12,404 nucleotides of DNA from a virus: positions 1 through 12,404 of IMG/VR virus record IMGVR_UViG_3300045988_169823. One strand, 5' to 3'. The notes beneath the pieces were generated by a model. The model saw nothing but the letters and a program-made list of their open reading frames with translations. It was not told the origin of the DNA and ran no database searches. This document shows positions 6,160 to 12,404 of the stretch, piece after piece. A program made the position numbers and the translations under genes. How positions within the stretch are numbered: position 1 is the first letter of the stretch; every line of letters begins with the position of its first letter.

Positions 6160-7327
6160 AAATAAACTTTTTGACAAATTTTATAACTATCAAGATAAAA
6201 CAAAAAATATAAACACTTATGTTTTTAACTATCTGAATAAGACTAACTCGATGTTTAAATATCATAATCTGCCCGAATCAATCCCTGCTGATATGCTAGA
6301 ATCGTTTTTACAACGCAATGGCTATGTTTGTATAGCTAAGCATGAAAACACTCTCTATGCCTTTGTAGGAGGGTTAGGAGGTGAATTGGATGTTTACTAT
6401 CGACCAACAATTTGTACGGTAGCAAATCCAGCTTTAAATCTTAGCAAGGATTTTGTTATTGATAAAGATTGCATTATCATGAAAAATGATACAAATTTGC
6501 AAGGGCTTTTACCTATTATTTTGCGATATTCTTCAATGCTGGTTGAAAACGATATATCGATGGTGTTGGCTACATATAACACCCGTATACAGAAAATAGT
6601 GAGTGCTAGTGATGATGGTACAATAGCAAGTGCAAAAGAGTATTTATCACAAATAGTTAGCGGTAAACAGGGTATCATTGCTGATAATGCTTTTTTGAAA
6701 TCTTTAGATGTAAAAGATAGTTCAACAGATAATAAGATTATAGAAGAACTTATCAAGCAAAACCAGTATCTTAAATCGTCTATGCTAAACGAGGTTGGTT
6801 TACAAGCTAATACGAACTTGAAAAAAGAACGCTTAGTGTCTGCTGAAATTGAAAGCAATTCAGAGAGTTTATACCCGATTGTTGATGATATGCTAAAATG
6901 CAGAAAAAACGCACTAGAAAAAGTGAATGAAATGTTTGGTACTAACATAGAAGTTGAATTTAATTCCAGCTGGGACTTACGACCTTTAAATGGAATGTCA
7001 GTACACAACACGGATGATGAAATTGATATGAAAGATTTGGAGAGCGGAAACAATGAAAACGATGATAAAAAAACTTCTGCTGAAACTGATGGAGGAGACA
7101 GTGCAGAAGAAAATAGTGGAACTAGAAACACGGATAATGATGAAAATTCATTACAAGATAATGAAGAAAATGGAGGAAATGGAGAAGAAGAATCAAGCGA
7201 TGATAGAGAAGAAAACAGTGGAAATAATGAATCAACAGATGATGAAAATAAAGAATCTATAAAAGATGAAGAAAATGAAAACAATGAAAAAGACGAAAAC
7301 GAGGATGAAAAAGATGATAACAAATAA
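6152..7327 (+). CDS. Head-tail connector (portal/upper collar), phi29 gp10-like, with a ~106-aa polyacidic C-terminal extension
   Basis: Strong collinear similarity to phi29 gp10: NLPESIPADMLE..GYV, GGLGGELDVYY, NLKKERLVSAEIESNSE, LEKVNEMFGTNIEVEFN. Start taken as ATG 6152, 5 nt after the AAGGTGA SD. The track GTG 6143 and ATG 6146 remain possible. Residues from ~289 (nt 7007) to the end are D/E/N/S-rich and low-complexity. Confidence 0.85.
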   Translation: MSKNKLFDKFYNYQDKTKNINTYVFNYLNKTNSMFKYHNLPESIPADMLESFLQRNGYVCIAKHENTLYAFVGGLGGELDVYYRPTICTVANPALNLSKDFVIDKDCIIMKNDTNLQGLLPIILRYSSMLVENDISMVLATYNTRIQKIVSASDDGTIASAKEYLSQIVSGKQGIIADNAFLKSLDVKDSSTDNKIIEELIKQNQYLKSSMLNEVGLQANTNLKKERLVSAEIESNSESLYPIVDDMLKCRKNALEKVNEMFGTNIEVEFNSSWDLRPLNGMSVHNTDDEIDMKDLESGNNENDDKKTSAETDGGDSAEENSGTRNTDNDENSLQDNEENGGNGEEESSDDREENSGNNESTDDENKESIKDEENENNEKDENEDEKDDNK

Positions 7328-7664
7328 TGAATATGTTGATTTAATTCAAGAAGTTTTAAGCGAAAGAGATTTACTAGAACAATTAGTAGAAGAACTTTCA
7401 GAACTCCAGCAGGTCAGCATAAAACTAATAAGAATAAAAACGCTTAATAAACCAAACGCTGAATTTTATGATTTACTGAAAAATTTTAGAGAAGAAGAAA
7501 AAGACATTATTTCAATTCTTCATCTTTTAGATGATAACGACAAATATGGTTGGATAGATGATTATTATAAATATGAACGCTGGTATAATAGAATTATAAG
7601 TGGGATGTATAACAGAACTATGAAAGAACGATATAATAAAATTACAGGAGGGTGTTCAAAATGA
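7314..7664 (+). CDS. Hypothetical 116-aa helical protein
   Basis: Track ORF 7266..7664. Its N-terminus (MKKMKTMKK...) is an out-of-frame read of the connector polyacidic region. The likely start is ATG 7314, 8 nt after GAGGA, overlapping the connector stop by 14 nt. Confidence 0.55.
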   Translation: MITNNEYVDLIQEVLSERDLLEQLVEELSELQQVSIKLIRIKTLNKPNAEFYDLLKNFREEEKDIISILHLLDDNDKYGWIDDYYKYERWYNRIISGMYNRTMKERYNKITGGCSK

Positions 7665-8236
7665 TTTATGGTATAGATGTATCTGAAAATAACGGTTATG
7701 TTGATTGGCAAAGATTGAAAGAAACCAGCAACCTAAAATTTGCTATCATACGTTCTAGTTTCGGGTTTTCAACTGATAGCAGGTTTTTAGACAATATTTA
7801 TCATGCTTTAGAAAATGGTTTTAAGTGTGGAGCTTATCACTACTCTTATGCTTTAAATTCTGATGAAGCTATCAAAGAAGCTAGAACTATGAAAAGCATT
7901 ATAGAAAAAAGCGGTGTGTTGCTTGAATTACCCTGCTTCTTTGATATTGAAAATGATAGCTATAAAGCAAAAAACGGTTTTGAGTATACGCAAGAAAATG
8001 TTACCAATATTTGCCAAGCCTTTTTAGATGAAATTAAACCTTTAAATTGTGGCGTTTATGCCAACCTAGATTGGCTAACAAATTATGTTGATTGGCAAAA
8101 ATTAGGGTGTTCAATATGGTCAGCACAATATAATTCCAGCGATGATTTCAAAGGTTATATGTGGCAGTATACAGACAAATTGCATTTAATAGGCAAAAAT
8201 TTTGATGGTAATGTTTTATATTTAGATGAAATTTAG
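7661..8236 (+). CDS. Endolysin, GH25 muramidase catalytic domain only (191 aa)
   Basis: GH25 signatures: GIDVSENNGYVDW, FAIIRSS, GAYHYS, FFDIEND (the D-x-E region), GVYANLDW, WSAQY, MWQYT...FDGNV. AGGAGG at 7646-7651 and ATG at 7661. There is no cell-wall-binding domain. Confidence 0.85.
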   Translation: MIYGIDVSENNGYVDWQRLKETSNLKFAIIRSSFGFSTDSRFLDNIYHALENGFKCGAYHYSYALNSDEAIKEARTMKSIIEKSGVLLELPCFFDIENDSYKAKNGFEYTQENVTNICQAFLDEIKPLNCGVYANLDWLTNYVDWQKLGCSIWSAQYNSSDDFKGYMWQYTDKLHLIGKNFDGNVLYLDEI

Positions 8237-8247
8237 AAGGTGTTGAA

Positions 8248-8823
8248 ATGAACTTATATGAAAGATTTAATAAATCGTTATTGTGGGATAAAATTAATGA
8301 ATATCAAGCGTTTAGCTGGATTGATATTTTCGATAATGCAAGTCTTAATTTGTTGTGGTTAAATAAATACCATAGCAGGAGTTGTAATTCGTTGGCTGAG
8401 GATTTAGACGATGATAACATAGCTAAAATAATAGCTGGTATGTTTGTTTTTAATTGGAATATTGAATATAATTTATTAAAAGAAAATTGGTTAAAAAATG
8501 GCGATTTTTCAACGACTTATACAGAGAAAAAAACCGAGAAAAACACGGAAACAGGAACGGAAAATAACAACGTAAAAAATAATGTGTCTGCTTTTGATGA
8601 TGAAAATTATACAAATAAAGATGAAGAAGTTTCTACAAAAAATAATGAAAATAACGGCACTAATGACGTTGAAAGAACCTACACAACCAATGGTTATAAT
8701 TCAGCACAAATAAAGAATAAAATTGATTATGTAAAGTATTTGCAAAAAAATAACTTCTTTGATAATATAATAACAGATGTTAATAATTTACTGACTATGA
8801 ATATTGTTGTGGAGGATGATTAA
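8248..8823 (+). CDS. Hypothetical 191-aa protein directly upstream of the capsid gene (scaffold or decoration candidate)
   Basis: ORF with AAGGTG RBS. Trp-rich N-terminal half and a low-complexity N/T/E-rich C-terminal half. The scaffold role is a positional analogy to phi29 gp7 only. Confidence 0.5.
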   Translation: MNLYERFNKSLLWDKINEYQAFSWIDIFDNASLNLLWLNKYHSRSCNSLAEDLDDDNIAKIIAGMFVFNWNIEYNLLKENWLKNGDFSTTYTEKKTEKNTETGTENNNVKNNVSAFDDENYTNKDEEVSTKNNENNGTNDVERTYTTNGYNSAQIKNKIDYVKYLQKNNFFDNIITDVNNLLTMNIVVEDD

Positions 8824-8825
8824 AA

Positions 8826-10007
8826 ATGGAAGTAAAACAGATTTACACTTTAATGAATAATGTTACTAACGAGGTGCTAGGTCAAGAGGATTTAGTCAAA
8901 GAGGATTTGTCAAATGTAATTGATATTGGTACTGAAATTTTCAACCAAAATGCCGTTGATAATTATGTCAAGACTTTGGTAAATCACATCGGAAAAGTTA
9001 TTTTCGTTAATCGCCCATACGCTGGTAATGCACCTTCTGTTTTGATGGACGGCTGGGAGTTCGGAAGTGTACTAGAAAAAATCAATGCAGATATTCCCGA
9101 AGCTACCGAAAATGAGAGTTGGAATTTGGTTGATAAGCAGGAATATAAACAGGATATTTTTTATAAACCTTCTGTTAGTGCGAAATTCTTTAATAAAAAG
9201 GTTACTTTTGAAGTGCCTATGTCATTTACTGAAATGCAGGTAAAAGAGAGTTTCTCAAGTGCTGAGCAATTGAACGGCTTCTTGTCTATGATTTACAATG
9301 CCATTGATAAGTCAATGAGTATCAAGGTTGATAGTTTGATTATGAGAACTATCAATAATATGATTGGCGAAACTATCGCCCATGAATACGCTGATAGCAC
9401 GGATAGTACAGGTAAAAAGTTGGTTGCCTTATCGTCAAAAAGCGGTGTAAAAGCAGTTAATTTGCTTTTCTTGTATAATGCTAAATTCACTAAAACTTTG
9501 ACTGCTGAACAGGCAATTACCGACCCCGACTTTATTCGTTTTGCTAGCTATACCATTGGTTTGTACCGTGATAGACTTTCTAAGATTTCAACACTTTTCA
9601 ATGTTGGTGGTAAAGAACGTTTCACTTCTAAAGAATACTTGCACACAATCTTACTTAGCGACTTTATCGCTAGTGCTGATGTTTATCTCAATTCGGACAC
9701 TTTCCACGATGATTTTGTGAAACTTCCAACAGCTGAGCGTGTTCCTTATTGGCAAGGTTCGGGTACTGATTATAGCTTTAGCAAGACTTCTGATATTCAC
9801 ATTGCAACCGCTGGTGGTGTTGATGTAGAGGTTAGCGGGGTTATCGGCGTAATGTTCGATAGAGACGCTTTAGGTGTATGCAACACCAGCAAACGGGTAA
9901 CTACGAACTATAACGCTAAAGCTGAATTTTATAACAACTACTACAAATTTGACGCCAGCTATTTCAATGATTTGAATGAAAATTTCGTTGTATTCTTTGT
10001 TGAGTAA
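8826..10007 (+). CDS. Major capsid protein (393 aa)
   Basis: Largest structural ORF after the connector, with a GGAGGA RBS. A strong terminator directly follows, as expected for the most abundant structural protein. Loose resemblance to the phi29 gp8 N-terminal region. Call is based on size, position and context. Confidence 0.6.
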   Translation: MEVKQIYTLMNNVTNEVLGQEDLVKEDLSNVIDIGTEIFNQNAVDNYVKTLVNHIGKVIFVNRPYAGNAPSVLMDGWEFGSVLEKINADIPEATENESWNLVDKQEYKQDIFYKPSVSAKFFNKKVTFEVPMSFTEMQVKESFSSAEQLNGFLSMIYNAIDKSMSIKVDSLIMRTINNMIGETIAHEYADSTDSTGKKLVALSSKSGVKAVNLLFLYNAKFTKTLTAEQAITDPDFIRFASYTIGLYRDRLSKISTLFNVGGKERFTSKEYLHTILLSDFIASADVYLNSDTFHDDFVKLPTAERVPYWQGSGTDYSFSKTSDIHIATAGGVDVEVSGVIGVMFDRDALGVCNTSKRVTTNYNAKAEFYNNYYKFDASYFNDLNENFVVFFVE

Positions 10008-10019
10008 GAAGGGAGGAAG

Positions 10020-10047
10020 GGACGGTTTTTAACCGTCCTTTTTTATT
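10020..10047 (+). terminator. Rho-independent terminator after the capsid gene
   Basis: GGACGG(TT)-loop-(AA)CCGTCC hairpin followed by TTTTTTATT. The next ATG (10048) abuts the U-tract. Confidence 0.75.
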
Positions 10048-10479
10048 ATGAAAATTACTTTTTATAACACAAACTCACCTAATAATAAAATCCAAAAAGA
10101 GTTAAAAAATGCTTTGGAAAAAGATATTAAATTTAAAATGGAAGGTAGTATTTTAACACCTGTTTTGACTATTAAAAGTGAAACTTTTTTTAATTATAAT
10201 TACTGTTTTATTGAAAAGTTTAAACGTTATTATTTTATAAATGATATTGAAATTTATCCTAATAAAATATATATCTTGCATTTAGAAGTTGATGTTTTAA
10301 TGAGCTTCAAAGATGATATTTTAAATAGTCGGGCAACAATTAATCAAGAAACTGTTTTTAATAAATACTACAATTCAGATTATCAAAACTTAGAAAACTT
10401 TGAAGAACACATTTATAAAAGTGATGTAACATTAAGTAGTGAAAAGAATATTATTTTGTCTACGTTAGGAGGGTTATAA
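10048..10479 (+). CDS. Hypothetical 143-aa structural protein; possible homolog of the N-terminal domain of the phi29 tail knob
   Basis: ORF track. There is no proximal SD, but GGGAGGAAGG lies just 5' of the terminator hairpin. The segment YCFIEKFKRYYFINDIEIYPNKIYILHLEVDVLMSF resembles the phi29 gp9 N-terminal region as I recall it. Unverified. Confidence 0.5.
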   Translation: MKITFYNTNSPNNKIQKELKNALEKDIKFKMEGSILTPVLTIKSETFFNYNYCFIEKFKRYYFINDIEIYPNKIYILHLEVDVLMSFKDDILNSRATINQETVFNKYYNSDYQNLENFEEHIYKSDVTLSSEKNIILSTLGGL

Positions 10480-12113
10480 TGGCAGCTAATAGGTTGAGAT
10501 TGTATATTAAAGATAATAAATATGCTAATGTGGATATTAATGGTTCTGATTTATCATGGGTAAGCCAACCTGTTAATGCAGATACTTATAGTTTAGATAG
10601 TTCCGAATGTTATATTTTTTGGAGTGGCTTATCAAAAAATGAACATACTGACAGTTTTGAAATTGCTTTAGCTGGTAGAAAAATAACTGGTATTCAATGG
10701 TTGTCATTAAATAGAACTGATGTTACTGCTGATTTACAAAAATTTGGTATAATTCCATCGTTTCCAAATGGTCATTTCAAATTAAATATCCAATCATTGA
10801 AGTTGTTAAGTGATTTTATCACTAAGAATGACGGTAGCGTTTACACTGATTATAACTACATAAACTTTTCATTTGATACAGGTAAACAACAGTATAACAT
10901 AACTCAAAATCTGACTAATTGTGTATCTGATTTTACTTATGATAAAATAGATGAAGGCGATAATACATTAACCTTAACTTGTTCTGAAATGTGCTTTTTT
11001 GATGATGTGCCCACATTAACAATTGGCGAAACAGTCACTAATTTTACTTTAAACGATGATAAAAATATTGCAACATTAACGATTAATATAACGGGTGATT
11101 GTGTTGTAAATGCAACTGCTACGCAATATTATACTTATCAAGAAACCTTGACTAATTGTAAGTCGAATTTTACAGGTAAAACATTACTCAAAGAAGGTAC
11201 TACGACTTTTACATTTACTGCTGATAGTGGATATATCTTTGGTGAAAACGGAAGTATATATATCCAACCTGTTACAACAAGTATTGAAGGTAACGGAAAA
11301 AGTGTTTTAACTAAAACATATTTGATAGCTGGAAACACAAGAGTTACTTTATCCGCTATTAAAAAAGTTGAAACTTTAAGCACTTTTAATCATTTATATT
11401 TAGTTGATAATGATATTTTGAGTTCTTTATCAAAGAAACGCTATTATAATTCAAACGGTGTTGAAAGTGATTATGGACGTTTTATTACTGATTTATATAT
11501 CATACCTTTCAACATTGAGGATATTTTAAGTGAACAGGCAAATATTATTCTAGGGTTTTATGATACACAAATTCCAGCTACACAAATAAATGGTTACACT
11601 TATAATTTGAATTTAGGAAAAATAATTGTTAATGAAAATTATGGTAATGTTTACGATTATATTAATTCAAAAACGATTTTGCACGTTCCATTTTTTAATG
11701 TTATTGAACTACCTATTGAAAATGTTATGAACCAAACATTACAGTTAAATGTGATAGTTGACTTGTATGATGGTAGTGGCACTCTTAACATAGTTAGTTC
11801 TCTTGGTGGTTTAATTCATAGTGAAACATCTAATATTTTCAAACACATACCCTATATTCAGAGAACAACAGAAACAAGTTTCTTACAAACATTAAACACT
11901 ATTAATAATGATATTACTAATGCTTATTTAAGTATTATAAATAATGTTCCATATAATGTTATTGATGATTTTGGTAAAAACGTTGTTGAATATATGGAGA
12001 TTAAATCACTCACTAATTACTTTAAAATCAACGATATTAAAATGAATACATCAGCAACAAACGATGAAAAAAATAAAATCGTTGAATTGTTGAAAAATGG
12101 TTGCTTTATTTGA
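10479..12113 (+). CDS. Tail protein, 544 aa (tail knob / receptor-binding candidate)
   Basis: Its ATG overlaps the stop of the 143-aa ORF (TAATG at 10477-10481). It is the last and second-largest ORF, beta-rich in appearance, and followed by a terminator. Confidence 0.55.
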   Translation: MAANRLRLYIKDNKYANVDINGSDLSWVSQPVNADTYSLDSSECYIFWSGLSKNEHTDSFEIALAGRKITGIQWLSLNRTDVTADLQKFGIIPSFPNGHFKLNIQSLKLLSDFITKNDGSVYTDYNYINFSFDTGKQQYNITQNLTNCVSDFTYDKIDEGDNTLTLTCSEMCFFDDVPTLTIGETVTNFTLNDDKNIATLTINITGDCVVNATATQYYTYQETLTNCKSNFTGKTLLKEGTTTFTFTADSGYIFGENGSIYIQPVTTSIEGNGKSVLTKTYLIAGNTRVTLSAIKKVETLSTFNHLYLVDNDILSSLSKKRYYNSNGVESDYGRFITDLYIIPFNIEDILSEQANIILGFYDTQIPATQINGYTYNLNLGKIIVNENYGNVYDYINSKTILHVPFFNVIELPIENVMNQTLQLNVIVDLYDGSGTLNIVSSLGGLIHSETSNIFKHIPYIQRTTETSFLQTLNTINNDITNAYLSIINNVPYNVIDDFGKNVVEYMEIKSLTNYFKINDIKMNTSATNDEKNKIVELLKNGCFI

Positions 12114-12134
12114 TGATTAAATAATATGTATCTT

Positions 12135-12165
12135 AGGTGGGCGAATGTCCACCTATTATTTTGTT
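12135..12165 (+). terminator. Rho-independent terminator of the late operon at the inner edge of the right ITR
   Basis: AGGTGG-GCGAATGT-CCACCT hairpin followed by ATTATTTTGTT. The stem sequence is identical to the left-end hairpin (251-269) but the loop differs. Confidence 0.7.
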
Positions 12166-12404
12166 AATTATTGTTAGAATATTCTAACATTTATCCGGTC
12201 ATTGATATTTATTGTTAGAATTTTCTAACATCTATTTTAGTGGTGATTTGAATTGTTAGAATATTTTGCATATCACTTCACCGCTTTAATAAACTAAAGC
12301 ATTACAAATATTCTGTCAATTTACTTTAGCACTTTAGCGAACTAAAGCAATCTGAATATTCTGACAATGGGAAAAATTTTTTCACGGAGGGGGGGGATAT
12401 ACCC
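12156..12404. repeat. Right inverted terminal repeat (ITR), 249 bp
   Basis: Reverse complement of 1..249, ending exactly at the last base of the window (...GGGGGGGGATATACCC). Confidence 0.95.

Noticed and set aside
7053-7313. 69-aa K/M/E-rich + strand ORF (7053..7262) and the N-terminal MKKMKTMKK... extension of ORF 7266..7664
   Set aside because: These are alternate-frame reads of the same purine repeat tract. The downstream gene has a proper RBS and ATG at 7314.
6397-7323. 308-aa minus-strand ORF (Ser/Phe/Leu-rich) antisense to the connector gene
   Set aside because: It is a low-complexity mirror of the purine-rich GAA/GAT codons of the connector acidic tail. It has no RBS and no plausible start context, and it lies entirely opposite a well-supported gene.
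1498-11383. Other minus-strand ORFs (1498..1689, 1713..1940, 2084..2317, 2348..2587, 4589..4795, 5852..6121, 6000..6203, 9293..9490, 11138..11383)
   Set aside because: They are short, lack SD sequences, and lie antisense to, or overlap, strong + strand genes or regulatory hairpins. AT-rich genomes produce such spurious ORFs readily.
1-12404. ITR-bounded transposon, linear plasmid, polinton-like element or tectivirus
   Set aside because: A gp10-like connector, a gp16-like ATPase, a GH25 lysin and a single large capsid gene argue for a phi29-like tailed phage. No transposase or integrase is present.
1-12404. Mycoplasma phage P1-like genome using UGA=Trp
   Set aside because: All long ORFs are intact under the standard code and Trp is encoded by TGG. 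A GH25 muramidase implies a walled host.
1-12404. CRISPR arrays, tRNA or rRNA genes
   Set aside because: There are no regularly spaced direct repeats with unique spacers. The only periodic repeats are the three ITR sites. No cloverleaf-like or rRNA-like sequence was found.

Overview
The window appears to be a complete, strongly AT-rich linear dsDNA phage genome of 12,404 bp. It is bounded by a perfect 249-bp inverted terminal repeat: 1..249 equals the reverse complement of 12156..12404. The ITRs sit exactly at the window edges and begin with GGGTATAT.

The content is that of a protein-primed, phi29-like podovirus (Salasmaviridae/Picovirinae-like). It resembles Streptococcus phage Cp-1 in having a long ITR and a GH25 lysin, but is far more compact.

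One small gene lies on the - strand at the left end. All other genes are on the + strand and tightly packed, many with ATGA/TAATG start-stop overlaps. In order they are:
- four small early ORFs (78, 66, 80 and 117 aa) behind strong sigma70-like promoters;
- a basic 210-aa candidate terminal protein;
- a family-B protein-primed DNA polymerase with Exo I, Exo II (Asp replaced by Glu), Exo III, Dx2SxYP, Kx3NSxYG, YxDTDS and KxY motifs;
- a phi29 gp16-like packaging ATPase;
- a 60-aa single-TM holin candidate;
- a phi29 gp10-like connector carrying an unusual ~106-aa polyacidic C-terminal extension;
- a 116-aa helical protein;
- a GH25 muramidase with no wall-binding domain;
- a 191-aa protein (possibly scaffold), then the major capsid protein followed by a strong terminator;
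- a translationally coupled 143-aa + 544-aa pair that may be a split tail-knob/tail module.

No tRNA, CRISPR array, integrase or transposase is visible.

The findings worth a second look are:
- the highly organised ITR (terminal G3, a C8 tract, an A6T5 unwinding element, palindromes, and three ATTCTAACAAT sites at 40-bp spacing);
- a CTTTAG-N4-CTAAAG operator motif shared between the ITR and the second early promoter;
- an extended -10 promoter embedded in the arm of a terminator hairpin in front of the replication genes;
- a hairpin-bridged RBS that abuts the capsid terminator;
- the minimal tail gene set;
- the absence of an identified pRNA.

All homology calls rest on motif recognition by eye, not on searches.
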